Below, piece by piece: positions 27,339 through 41,636 of a stretch of 64,000 bases of DNA. This stretch comes from Paramecium tetraurelia. Lineage: Eukaryota. The stretch covers positions 190,981 through 254,980 of the forward strand of contig CT868676.1 in NCBI GenBank assembly GCA_000165425.1, written 5' to 3'. Positions within the stretch are counted from its first letter, which is position 1, and each line of letters opens with the position of its first letter. Under the pieces are notes generated by a model that had not been told where the DNA came from, ran no database searches, and saw nothing but the letters and a program-made list of their open reading frames with translations. The translations under genes and the position numbers were made by a program.

Positions 27339-27617
27339 ATGAATTAAGTTTTAATTCTCTAAATAATCGAAGTGCTTGAACAATGTCATAAGGATAATTC
27401 TATAAAGACTAGAGAATGTTGCATCGAAATAATTAAGGAATTATTGCAAAAGATCAGTATTTCCATATGATCTAATGTAGCATCTGAGTTGAATCAAGAC
27501 GACCTAATCGCTTTCGAGAAACATTTCAACTTAGTAACGAGTCTAAATCAACTTGATTACATAAATGATGAAGATGTGTTTTTAAAATCAATAGCTAGAG
27601 TAAGGAGTTGTTTGTGA
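27339..27617 (+). CDS. Hypothetical small helical protein
   Basis: ATG to TGA with a 24-nt intron (27457-27480) that contains an in-frame TGA. Confidence 0.6.
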
Positions 27618-27689
27618 TTTCTTTGTATATATTTATCTTTTTTGAGAATGCACTCATCATTAATAAACTTATATATTCAAATATTAATA

Positions 27690-28146
27690 ATGTCAGAAGA
27701 ATTAGCCAATACTGTCTATCTCGGGGGAATTCCTGAAGATGTGACTGTGGAATAAATCAAACACTTGTTTATTACATTTGGTGAAATTAAATCTGTAGAT
27801 TTGCCAATAGATAGTGAAACCTGTATGAATTATGAATATTGAAGTAAAGAATAGGGGATTTGCATTTATAGAATATGAGGATATTGAGGATGCTGAAGCT
27901 GCTATTGATAATTACGATGAGGGAGAATTGTTTGGCAAGATTGTAAAGGTCAAACCAGCCAAACCATACAAACCGAAATCATTCTATACCAAACCTGTTT
28001 GGCATTCTGAAGATTGGTAGAGGAAGAATAATGAGGAATACACCTACAAGGAACGTGTGAGAAGAGAGAAGCAGAAAAAGAGGGATGAGGAAGAAAGAAA
28101 AAAAGAGGAGGAGAAAGCCAAGAAGTATCAGAAGAAATAATAATGA
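27690..28146 (+). CDS. RRM protein similar to the PPIE/cyclophilin-E N-terminus, without a cyclophilin domain
   Basis: TVYLGGIPEDV (RNP2), NRGFAFIEYEDIEDAEAAIDNYDEGELFGKIVKV (RNP1) and KPVWHSEDW; one intron. Confidence 0.85.
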
Positions 28147-28263
28147 TTATATATGAATTAATGGTGACAATAAATGCTTAAAAAAGAAAAAGAGAATTAT
28201 TCAAAATTTAGAAAAAAAAGTACTAATAAATTAAAATCATCATTTTTTAATTTTATTTTTTTT

Positions 28264-29668
28264 TCAAATATCCAGGGCATTTGGCAATTTTGAATGTGCC
28301 TTGGCTGGCTTCAGAATGTTCTCCATCAATAAATGAATTGAAAGAACCACTCCAATTCCTGCCAAGAACAAATATATGATATCCACATTTTTCATTGGAT
28401 CTATGCCACCACCAATTGCATATACAAAACCAGAAATCATTGGAACAACAGCCATACAGAAATTCTCTATTATCCCCAATAAACCCAAAGCAGTTGCTAA
28501 TTTCAATCGTATTCATAAAGTACCAAGCATATCTTCAGGAACTGTGGATTGTAGAGCAGGCATTAAAACACTCGAAAAACATGAATATGATAACCCCAAT
28601 GTAATCAAACTACTATTTTATTAACATTTTACGCAAAAACTGAATAATAATTTGGAGATGTCGTCAAAGGCATATAATAAAATTGCAAATGGGATATAAA
28701 AAACATGATTGTTGACACTACAATAAAAAATGGTCTATAATTCGTAAACTTGTCTGAAATCCTTCCCACAACCGGAGATGTAATCGCTATAAAAGTCATA
28801 TAACAAATTATACTCTACCTGCTACCACATATCCCACAGTTACTATTTGACCAGCATCCATTATGCTAAATCCAAAGCGTTCATGGTAAAACTTATTAGC
28901 ATTATCAAGGAATGGCACATAGGAAGCTAACATCAAAGTAGTTATTATGCTCATTATTACAAAGGGTTTCGTAAGCTTAACTAAACTATTAGATTACTAT
29001 CAATACAATTAAACACTGATATCTATTCAGTTTATTTCACACTTTCTACTTTTTCGTATTTCATATCTACGTAAATCATCATTAACCCTGATAAGAAGGA
29101 CTATTCAAATTATTTTTAATTGTACCAAAAAACATAAGAATAATCCAAACAACAATGGTATTTTTAGTGAATTAGTCTTCTCAAATAAATAAGGTGATAA
29201 AAACGAATTAAGAGCAGCTGCCAATTCTGGGACTGTGAGTATCAATCCCATTGCAGTACCCATATCCTTGGGCATTCGCTAGGCTACCATTTTAAACACA
29301 GCAATGTGTAAAATATCGCTTGCAATACCAAATATAGCTCTACCACAAAGCATCATACAGTAATTATGATAGCATCCTCCAAAAAATATAAACAATTATG
29401 ATAGGCCCAGCAAAAGACTAAAAGTAAACACCTAAACTATACAATATGTACTTACTCCCCAACGGCCTCCCATATTGTCTATCATTATGCCTCCTCCGAT
29501 ACTCAAACCTATGTTTGGAATTGCAAACACGCTGTATAGCAAATTGAACTAAGTTTAAGTCAATTGAAACTCCTCTTCTATTGGAACCTCAAGAGCTTGA
29601 GGAATATCAAAGGCATAGTTGTTTCCTACCATCAAAAGAATAGCTAGTAAGATGATTAAACGATCCAT
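28264..29668 (-). CDS. Major facilitator superfamily transporter, MFSD1-like
   Basis: GNNYAFDIPQAL..QFNLLYSVFAIPNIGLSIGGGIMIDNMGGRWG, GRAIFGIASD and LATALGLLGIIEN; multiple TM helices and introns. Confidence 0.88.
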
Positions 29669-30549
29669 TTTTTAATTATTAATATACACATTAATTTTAA
29701 TTCATTGAATGAGTTTTTCCTTACATTCTATGAATTTTTTTCAAATTTAACAAGTCAATTTTATATTTTTTTCTTCTAAAATTCTCCAACTTCTCTATCC
29801 CCTCCACAAGCCTTCTCGGATTATATCAAATGCCAAAATTATCTACTTCAGTGAAGATCCAGGATTTGATCACAATTGATGAAATATTCATTTAATAGAT
29901 TATTATTTATTGTTGCAAAAACTATTTGATTTCTTGAAATTCCATAGCATACAATATATGGAATTTAAAATTGCAATTTCTGTTAATTCACAAATTATAC
30001 TTGATCATAAAAATAATTTAATCAGAAAATAATATCTATTATTTTTCGATATGTTCTAATATCATAAGCAAATATGTTATTAATATCAGACATTTAATCC
30101 CTAATACATTTGAAATTCAGTTTTACAACTAAAGAGGTCTATCACTTGATATTTTTTGGATCATACTTGTTTATCATTCCATCTCTATGTCTCTACAGTT
30201 ATTTAGTTATGGTAATAAAACGATATTATTTATAATTAATCATAATTCATCTCAAATTTTAAACGAATTTGGATCAAAGTATTGCATTAGAATTACTGAT
30301 TCCGATATTCTTCATTGATTAACTAAAATTCCTTGATTTTCAGAAATTTCATCAAACTTTATTTTTAGTTAATTAATTTTGTATAGAACTTGTAATATAT
30401 TTGTATATTTGAAAATTCTTTAGGTTAAGAGAATCACTTCGTTAATATAAAAGTGCTGCTCAGCCTTAAAATCATATTGAATAAATGAGCACACTTGCGC
30501 CTGTAGATGAATTAAGTTTTATAAAGAGTTTAATTTAAATATATATAAA

Positions 30550-31551
<1,002 letters not shown>

Positions 31552-31573
31552 TAAAATACTAAAATCATAATAC

Positions 31574-32703
31574 TCAAAGTATTGGTTTTCTATTAAAGGC
31601 ATTTAATAATTCATCAAGTTTACTTTATTGTTAATTGTATTAGAATGGTTTATTCTAAGATATAAAAGTCTTGCTTGTAGTTTGAATCTGTTATTTTACA
31701 AACTTATTTTCATAGTCTTATTTTCTGTTTTACCAATCCAAGGAATTCAATTCTAATGCCAGAGAGGCTAACCCATCCTTTTTTTTCCCGTGAACTATAA
31801 AATAAAATTTGAAGATACATACTTGCATCCTATAAGTAGTTCTACTTTCGAATCAAATCAGGAGAAGTATTAATAGCTTAATTAGGTCTATGATTGGTAA
31901 GTGAAAACTGAATGGATGATTCTGGACGACAATAGATTTAGGGTTCAATAGATTTCCTTTTGTAACTCTCATAATTAATATCCTTCAGAGGTCTTGTTTT
32001 AATTCCAGAGTATTATTATTTTTCTTCATATTTATTCATGAATGAGATTTCTTTGGTTGGAGTTTAGAATTGTTTGCTATTATTCAATTTAGATTTTACT
32101 TTTTTAACAAAGATTCTTTCTAGGGTGATACCTCTGTTTTATCACTTTTATGTGCTTATAATTGCAATGCTCGTTCGTATTGTTGTAATTGCCTTAAGAA
32201 TCCATCATTAGGATAGACTTACCATCTTTTTCTTTCTAGCAATTTTAAGGCATCTTAAGCGCTCATTTTATTTTTCTTCATCAAGTATGCTGCAACGAGG
32301 GTGGCTGATCGAGAAATACCAGCCATGCAGTGAATCAACACATTTCCACTCTATCTGGCTTTTTCAATGAATTGATTGCTATTTTCAAAATGTCTACTAA
32401 TATTTTCAGATTCACAATCCTCCAAGTATATATGTTGATAATTTTGGAGTTGGGTCTATACATCAAATGGTATCTTATTCATACAAATCGACAATACACC
32501 ATTGATTCTGTGTCTCCTCAGGTTCTCCAAACTAGCTAAAATTATACATCAATCTAAACCATACAAGCAGATTCAATATTCCCCAAGTAAATTGATCCAG
32601 ATACTCCGTTGTCTACAATGCAACTCATATCATCCATTTATTGTTAGTAGGAAAAAGAGCTGCTTTAATAAGATTTTTGAATGATTGGTGAGTTGCTGAA
32701 CAT
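31574..32703 (-). CDS. Dual-specificity protein phosphatase
   Basis: IYLGNIESA, HCMAGISRSATLVAAYLMK and YPNDGFLRQLQQYE. Confidence 0.93.
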
Positions 32704-32731
32704 TAATTAACAATAAAAATTATTTCACTCA

Positions 32732-34597
32732 ATGTAAAAATTGAAAATTTAGCCTCAATTATAATAAATAAGGCGATCACAGTCAATGGGTACCGTAAAT
32801 ATTGAACTAATACATTTTGAAAAGAGTGTTTCTCTCAATTAAAGTACTTTTTTCAAGACTTTCTCAGAAATGTAATAGAAGTAAATTAGCTATCTAAAAA
32901 AAGAGCAGCAATTACTCATTAAGTGGCAAGGATTCCTTCCCCCAAGGAACGGTTATAGGCTTCACTTTCTCATAACAAAAAACAAAGAGAAACCATCATA
33001 AACCAAAGTCGGGAAAGACTTGAAATAGCCATGTCTGAAGCCCTTACTTTGACTCAAAAAAGTCGAAACAGGAATTATTAGAAGTTAAAAAGAAGAGATC
33101 AAAATAATAAGAAAGCAGTGGAATTAAAACCATAATAGAAAGGTATAGATTGAGTCAATTTAAACAGTTTTCCAGTTGCCTTAATTAGACACACCATTGG
33201 AGAATAGTGTTGACGGTCCTGCACAATTGAGCTTCTATTTCGAATCTCAACGTCTCATACGTGACATCAAGACTTTTAAGCCCTCGTTTACAGAATAGGC
33301 TGCATTTACATTGTTCAATGATTAACTATATTTGTACGGAGGGATAGGAGGAGATGGGGTCAGAAACCAAATGCTCAAATATGACATAAGTATCTGAATA
33401 TTTATTTTAGAATTCCAAATTTGGTAAGTTGTACATGGAAATGGAGAAAATTTGAAATAAGGAAGAGCAGGTTTATCTGTTGTGTAATACAAGAATAAAT
33501 TTATATATTTTGGAGGCTGTGGATAATTCAATCCCAAATTGAAGATCAGAGAATGCTCAAATTAGGTTTTTGAGTTTACAGTAAGTAATTAATCTTGGGA
33601 GAAATTACATCCTCAAGGGGATTATGTGGAACCAAGAAGATAACACAGAGCCTGTTTGATAGGATCCAAATGGATGTTGATCCATGGTGGCATTAATTCA
33701 AATGAGGAAGTATTATCTGACACTAGTATATTCAATATCGAAAAACAATATTGGAAGAACTACAAAGCCAAATCACCTCCAATATGTTGTCATGGCATAG
33801 TTAACATATCGTCTTAAGGAAAATTTTAGGAGATGATTCCAAATGATTTAATGCCTTAAGAACTAATATTCTCTTTTGGAGGTAAGGATGCCGAAGGTAA
33901 TTCTGTCAACGCAATAAGAAAGTTGACTTACTGCTCATTCACCAACATTCCACTTTCTTGGGATTTGGTCGAATGCACAGGAAAAGCTCCTCCTCCCATG
34001 CACAATCATACTGTAGAGTACCTAAGGAAGGTCTAGGGTATAGCAGTCATTGGAGGGCTTAGAGATTTTATTTAAAATGGAACCTTGGAATCTGATCAAT
34101 ATTATATCTTCTACCCTCATCTAAGTCTTTGGCAAGAAGTAATTGCAGAGGGGTAAAGGATTCCCCGATGTGCACATTCCTCTGTGATGCTTAGTTCCAA
34201 GATTGCAGTATTTGGGGGAATTGGCAATGAACGTTACTTGGAACCAGATGTGGGGTTCATTGAAACTGATTAAATTCAAGTATTTACTCGAGTTGCTAAA
34301 GAGAAAGTGCTTAACAATACTAATTAGAATTTTGAAGAGCCTTCTAGACAGGAGAATTCATTTAGAAAGAAAAAGTCTCTTTTTTAAGATGAATCAGAAA
34401 TCTCTGATGGGTATAAACCGTTTAGGATTACACTTCGAAAAACAACTCAAGCTAGGAGATCTTACTTGCCCAATCCACATCGTAAACAAGTATTTATTAG
34501 ATATGACATCTTGATGGGATTCGTTAAGCAGATCATAAATGAAAATCTCCATATACTCTAGAATTTTGATAAATATTTAGAAAGAAAAATTTTATGA
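32732..34597 (+). CDS. Kelch-repeat protein
   Basis: Repeated LYLYGGIG, FYIFGGCG, MLIHGGIN, IFSFGGKD, AVIGGL and IAVFGGIG with R..H motifs; two introns. Confidence 0.88.
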
Positions 34598-35132
34598 TAA
34601 TTTCATATTAATAATGGTTTACAAAGAGATGAGTAGGTGAGGATGGCTAATCATAAGAATTACTAGCCAATATATCTCAAAATTCAGACTTTTTATTTAT
34701 TTTGAGTTTGTATAATCTTCTTTTTGAATAATATAAAATGATGTAACGTTCTCCTTTAATCTATTCAGATATTTACTAATTATCATTTTATTACATCCTA
34801 ATAAATTATCAAATTTCAACATTAAACCAAACATGATTAACTATTCTGTGTATCCTTAATGTTATTTTTTATGCACTTTACCCCCTGAAACATCTAAAAT
34901 ATTGTGGATCATAAAGAAAATACTCACAAAGATATCAAGACTTTTAATTAATTCATGATAATTCCAATCTATACTTAAAAAATAATAATTTATATATTTA
35001 TGATTGATGATTATAAAAATTAACAAGATAATAACATAATCTGTTTATTTACTTCTTAAACATCAAATATTTTACATTTGCAATTAGAAAGACAACTTTA
35101 AATTAAGAACTCTACTAAATTTTTTTAAAAAC

Positions 35133-38100
35133 ATAATTGATAAAGTAGTCATAACATTATTTTCTTTTTCATAAATCTTAGTTCATTTTGATGATTAACT
35201 ATATATCCTTAATTACAATTAATAAAATTCATAATCTAAGTTCTCTTATTTTTGATCTATGTTATTAAATAAAGGTGTTAAAGTTCTTGAATAACTTTAG
35301 AATTTTTATAAAGAGATAATATAATTGTAGATTTCTGTTTTCTCTTGTTTGTTTTCTATCATTTTGGAAGAAATCTGAGAATATGAATCCATACATTGTG
35401 TACCTTTATGTTTTTCTCTTGAGCCCTCTAATAGAATTCAAACCTCCTTTGTGTGGCATAAAATGTAGTACCTTAATTATAAAAATTTGTTGCTTTTTAT
35501 ATAGTATTTTTTCTGTAATTATAGAAATTAAAATATATTTTATTTTGCTTTATGAATTTGAGAAGAATAGGCTCGTTTGATCAAGAATCAAGGAAGTAAG
35601 ATTTGTACGAGGTTTTGGCCTCCTCAAAATCTATAGATGTGAAAATATTCCAAATAATCATAGAAATACTAAAAAAATTGTAGATTTCAGATTCTCTAAA
35701 TTTTTTATAACAAGCTAAAAAAAACCAAAACTTTTGGGTAAACCATTTACAAGATCACAATTCTTCCGCACAAGAAAAATGCGAGAAGTTAGACTAGCTG
35801 ATAAACGAAATCAAATAAATTGCTCAAATTATGAAATAAATTCATGATCATGAATTTAATACCAGAAATTACTCTACTTAAGATATTGTAGAAAAAAAAT
35901 AATCTCTAATTGAGAAAATTGGGAGAGATGAAAATATAATTGAATTCTTAAAATATTTAGTGCATCTCACTTCAGTTGATAATAAATTTATCCAAAGTGG
36001 ATCAAATTCTCTTCATTTGTTAGTTGAAATGAAAATTGATTTGAAAACACATTCTTTTGAAAATATTAAAATTAGAAATACTTCACTTTAAGGAGGTAAT
36101 TTTGCCAAATGCGACTTAAGTGGATCTGAATTTGACAATGTCCTTATTAAAGGGATGAATTTAAATGGTTCGAAATTATTTAATTGTAAATGGATCAATT
36201 TAAGGATGGATGTAATCTAGCTTAATAGTCGAGGTGATTATGTAAATTCATTTTGCTATTCTCCCAATGGTCATTATTTCGCTTCAAGTAGTAATAAATC
36301 GATTATTTTGTGGAATCTTAGAAGGGGAAACATAAGATATGTTATCGAAGGAGAGAGGGAGGTAATGTCACTCTGTTATTCACCTAATTGTTAAATATTA
36401 GGTGCTTGCAGTGGGAAATTTATTTATTTATGGAATCTTTATACAGGTAAATAAAAATAAAAATTAACTGGCCATAATAGTTATGTGAAGGCAGTCAGTT
36501 TTTCTTCTGATGGTCTTAAATTAGCATCTGTTGATGTGGATAATACCCTCTATATATGGGATGTTATAAAAGGAAAGCAAATAATCTAATATGATGATTG
36601 TTATCCAGTTTGTTTCTCTCCTGATGCTGCTATGATAGCATTTGCTGGTTTGAACTACAATATCTATTTATTAGATGTTGAGACAGGAGAAGAAAAGGCA
36701 ATATTTAAGAGACATTACACCGAAATTTTATCAATTTGTTTTTCTCCTGATGGTACTACATTAGCATCTGGAGGTGGAGATATTAAAACTGGTTCATGTT
36801 CCAGGGTCTATTTATGGGATCTTAAGACAGGACAATTAAAAAATGAATTATGTTATATGAAATGTAGGTTTACTTCTGTCTGCTTCTCTCCTGATGGTAC
36901 TACTTTAGCAGCTAGTGTTATTAATAATATTATTGTATGGAATGTTGAGACTGGTGAAGAAGAATACTTTTTACAATGTTATCATAAAGAAATTAATTTA
37001 ATCTGTTTCTCTTCTGATGGTAGAATGTTAGTGTCTGGTAGTGGTTAATATGATGATTTTATAAGTAATAGAGACTCTATGATTCGTTTTTGGGATTTTA
37101 AGTCATTAAAATAAGAGGTTAATTCAGTTGGTCATAAGGGTAATGTTAAATAAGTTTGTTTCTCTCCTGATGGTACTACATTAGCATCTGGTAGTTCAGA
37201 TAACTCTATCCATTTGTGGGATGTTAAGACAGGATAATAAATGTTCAAATTAGAAGGCCATGGACAATGTGTTAATTCAGTCTGTTTCTCTCCTGATGGT
37301 ATTACATTAGCATCTGGTGGTGAATCTACATATGATTCTAAAGAAAACTACATCTGTATATGGGATGTTAAGACAGGATAATAGATGTTCAAATTAGAAG
37401 GCCATGAACGTTATGTAAATTCAGTCTGTTTCTCTCCTGATGGTACTACATTAGCATCTGGTAGTTATGATAACTCTATCCGTTTATGGGATGTTAAGAC
37501 AGGGTAATAAAAAGTCAAATTAGATGGTCATTCAGAAGCAGTTATATCAGTCAATTTCTCTCCTGTTGGTACTACATTAGCATCTGGTAGTTATGATAAC
37601 TCTATCCGTTTATGGGATGTTAAGACAGGATAATAAATGTTCAAATTAGAAGGCCATGAAAATGGTGTTAATTCAGTTTGTTTCTCTCCTGATGGTACTA
37701 CATTAGCATCTGGTGGCTTTGATAGCTCTATTCGTTTATGGGATGTTAAGACAGGATAATAAATGTTCAAATTAGAAGGCCATGAACGTTATGTAAATTC
37801 AGTCTGTTTCTCTCCTGATGGTACTACATTAGCATCTGGTAGTTATGATAACTCTATCCGTTTATGGGATGTTAATAGTGGATAATAAATGTTCAAATTA
37901 GAAGGCCATGAACATTGTGTTAATTCAGTCTGTTTCTCCTCTGATGGTACTACATTAGCATCTGGTAGTGGTGATCACTCTATCCGTTTATGGGATGTTA
38001 AAACAAAACAACATATTACAGATTCAGATAAAACTTATAAGAAGCATTTAGCAAAATCTACCTTACCCATCAAAATATACATCACTATCTTTGATTGACA

Positions 38101-38377
38101 AATACAGTATAATTTCACTATTATTTTAGCTATTCCAGTTACAATTCTTCATATAACTAGATATCCTATATTTTCAGCTAAAAGAACTTTGATATCCAAA
38201 GGAGAATTTACAACTGATGCTGGAATGAACATAAGAATACTATTTGAATAAAATTGAGGTTGTATTTGAAAAGATTTTTGTAATTTCTGTTAAATCCAGA
38301 AATTTTACGGTTCAGTGATTTATAATTTATCTTATAATTTGCTTCCTTTACCGCCTACTTTTTGTTATTTTTTTACA
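35133..38377. repeat. Inverted segmental duplicate, copy B (partner 3771-7037)
   Basis: Near-identical to the reverse complement of 3771-7037. Confidence 0.95.
35552..38098 (+). CDS. Pentapeptide-repeat plus WD40-repeat protein, copy B (C-terminal tail truncated by a +1 base at ~38072; homologous stop at 38255-38257)
   Basis: Same ATG context and architecture as copy A. All WD40 repeats are in frame; TGA at 38096-38098 follows an extra base. Confidence 0.9.
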
Positions 38378-38913
38378 AGAGAATATAATATAATTTTACA
38401 CAAACAATTTAAGTACGCTTTAAAAAAAGATTTTCAACTTAAAATCTTTTTAAGCGTCAACAACAAAGTTAAGACTATTACTAATGATTATTATGCAATC
38501 TATTTATTTCTTGTTTGAGGATTTCAAAATATATATCTAAAATAATATTATTAAAATTTTACCAAAATTTGAGTCTAAATATTGTTTATAAGATTTATTT
38601 CATTAGTATTTAATTATATAAACAATCATATATATTTAATAAAAAATATTATCTATATTTTACTCATATCCAATCTTAATCTCTAGAGTGGTTCTTTTAT
38701 TGTCATTAGATGCGTAAAGATATCAAAGCTTTTATATTTTTGGTGCTTAAGTATTGTTTGGAATTCTTATTGATTAAATTTAATGTTTTCGAAAATTATT
38801 TTATTCAAGATAGTTTGTAAATACAATTATGCAATTATTTATTAATGATATTTAAGCAATAAAATTTATGTCAAGGATATATAAATAAAATTAACAAAAA
38901 CCTTTTATTTTCA

Positions 38914-39829
38914 ATGTCCCAAAGACCACCTGTCCCATAAAGTAATATTAACATCCATATTCTTAGATTAAGCTCCTCAACCATAATAATATCCATCTGC
39001 TCCTTAATATGCTCCTTAATATGCTCCATAATATGTTCCATAATATGCTCCTTTACCAACATATCTTCCATAGCAATATGCTCCTGCTCCTATCGCACCA
39101 CTAACATACAGTGTTGCCAGACCTGTTGCTCCTCAACCAGTTGTTGCTCAACCAGTTGTTCAAGCTCCTGTTTTGTAATAATCAGTTATTGCTCAACCAG
39201 TCGTTTAATAATCAGTCCATGTAAGCATATTCAAATCTAGATTTAAGGCAACAATTAAAGGAGAATCAAGAATCGAATATATTCCTTATCAAAAGGCTGT
39301 TATGGAATACGAAGAATAAGAAGTCGTTTAATACGTTCCAAGAGAAAAGAAAATCACAGATTATTATGCAGTTGAATACTAGACCGAATATATCCCATAA
39401 GTCTTCTAAGAAAAATACACAGGTATTAACTATAACTAAGTATTTAGAGTACGTTCCAGTTGACAGATATTAAGAAAGAGTTGAATACTACCCAGTTGAA
39501 AGATAAGTTGTTCATGTAAAAATTTTACATAATAAATTTAGCAATAAGTTGTTTAACAACCAGTTGTTCAATAAGTAGTCTAACAACCAGTTGTCTAATA
39601 AGTCGTTCCTCAACCAGTCGTTTAATAAGTTGTTTAATAACCTCTCAGTGTTGTTTAACCAGTCTAAACTGTCCCAGTGACATATGCACCATAATATGCT
39701 GCCCCAATCGTCTCATCAAGAGTTATTCCATCATACCCATAATATCCATCATATCCTTAATACCAATAGGCTCCCTAGTAATAAGCCTAGCCATAATAAC
39801 CCCCAAGATCAAATTTGAATGTTCATTGA
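38914..39829 (+). CDS. EPI: Epiplasmin (cortical cytoskeleton)
   Basis: PQY- and PVV-rich arms flank the conserved core IKGESRIEYIPY..ITDYYAVEYQTEYIPQV..EYVPVDRYQERVEYYPVERQVV; four tiny introns. Confidence 0.92.
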
Positions 39830-40757
39830 AATATAAGTGTACATCAATCAATTATATTGTTATTATCAAATTTCAAATTAAAATTTTCTCAAAGCCTTAC
39901 ATATATTATTTGTTACTATATGTAAATACTTGCTAAATTAATCAGTACCTCATTTTAAGAAAATTATTAAAAAATAATAAATTTTATTTTAGGAAAAAAC
40001 TTCGTTTAAAAAATCGATGGTTCTTAGTCTTCTCGACATGTTGTAAAATCAATTGGCCTAAGCTCTTACAAATATCAGCTTAAATACGATGTAATTATGT
40101 TTTAGATAATTCCAAATGATTTTTACTTTATTGTAAATAAGCTACAAAATAACATAAGAAAATTGAAAAGGAGTACACTATTTTTAGAGATTTAAATCTA
40201 ATGAAGACCCCCAAAAATACATGATTAAAAATAACTTCCAGACAATCCCATATTTATTTAATTATATAATATGTTAAATTAAATAGAAAGAATAAAAGAA
40301 TTAATTAATGATGACTTTTCACTTCGCAGTGACCCCCATGACATATCATGAGTGTAAATACTTCCTTAGATGCCTGACATTATATATATTTTTATTAAAT
40401 TAATCACTTCAAAAATATGTTTACCAGAGACTCTTAATAGTATAAATTAGTAATTAATTATTCTCTAAATTTAGGCTAATTTGAGTTTATAATTTGATGG
40501 TATGAAATAATAAGTTTCTAATTTTTAATAATAAGTATTCTGATTAATTACTTCTATTTCAAAATTTAGAAAATATTACGCTTTGCATTTTACAAGGGTA
40601 AAGGGGATTACAAACAGTATTGTTTCTAATGAAAATTTGATTTGAACACTTAAAAGTATGATTTTAGTAATATTATATATTAATCGGATTATTATATGAA
40701 ATAATTTCCAAAAATTGATGACAGAGGAGTTGAGATCAAGATTTCATTAAATATAAT

Positions 40758-41267
40758 TCAGTAATCACGGAATTTATCTAGTATTCTTTTATTAATAATA
40801 TTCAATCTCTTTTGTTTTTGGACAAGTTTCTGTGTATTTGGTTTATGTTGCCTTTATATTTGATATGGATCTTCAACGATCTTCATACTGAAGGTAGGTA
40901 AAGGAATTCCAGTTATCAGTTGAGTTTTATTTTAAGTTTATTTTGGAGAAGGTGTTATGGTTTTTCGTTATTTTTTCAATGGTAGAACAGGGATTTTATT
41001 ATAATTGTGTACAGGAGTCAATCTAGATGAGTCTCTTATGTGTCCCAGACGTATCATCATGAACATTTTTCTTTTTTCAAGCTCTTCCATGTATCCAAAA
41101 TCAAGATCATTTATATCCTAGACAATAGGTGATCTCTCTTTCCTTTCAATTTTGATAAGTGGTTTTGAGCGAACAGCCTCTAAAAAAGGAGGAGACATGT
41201 TCATATGTCTTGATTATACTTGATAATTAATACCCACTCCTTGACGAGATCTACTTTTCATTTTCAT
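40758..41267 (-). CDS. Hypothetical basic protein
   Basis: 169-codon open frame MKMKSRSRQG..KFRDY-TGA. Confidence 0.65.
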
Positions 41268-41636
41268 TGTTCAATATTTTTGTTTGATATATTACATCCA
41301 TTTATGTATTTAATAAATAAATAATTAGTATATATCAATAAACTTATATAATCTTATCTCTATGGTGGTCTCTGAAGGGATAGAAAAAAACAACTTGGAA
41401 TAAAATTAAATATTATAATTTTGTAGTACTTATACTAATAATCTAGATAATTATAAATATTAGGTTGTTCTTCCACGAATATCACCAATTATAGTTAAAA
41501 ACTGCGATTAGAATTACCTCAAAGGGAATTTCAAAAATTTTAAAGTTTTTAATTAAAAACTCTTAACTTCATTAAATAATGACAAAAAATATATAATAAT
41601 TACTTGATCATGTGTTGCCTGAAGAATTTCCTTTAA

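Noticed and set aside
35383..35580. Hydrophobic 65-aa ORF upstream of WD40 copy B
   Set aside because: It overlaps the WD40 start in another frame, the homologous sequence in copy A has a 1-nt indel (~6667), and hydrophobicity is expected from T-rich DNA.
37130..38005. Regular 126-bp repeats with variable segments, superficially CRISPR- or DGR-like
   Set aside because: They are in-frame WD40 coding repeats in a eukaryote. There are no cas genes or reverse transcriptase in the window, and the variation is not adenine-specific.
38250..38270. TGA GGT TGT ATT TGA at the WD40 3' end as possible selenocysteine or readthrough
   Set aside because: Readthrough would add only about four residues, and no SECIS-like hairpin is evident in the AT-rich 3' region.
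38960..39790. Short tandem repeats such as CCATAATATGCT and CAACCAGTTGTT
   Set aside because: These encode the PQYA and QPVV repeats of epiplasmin.
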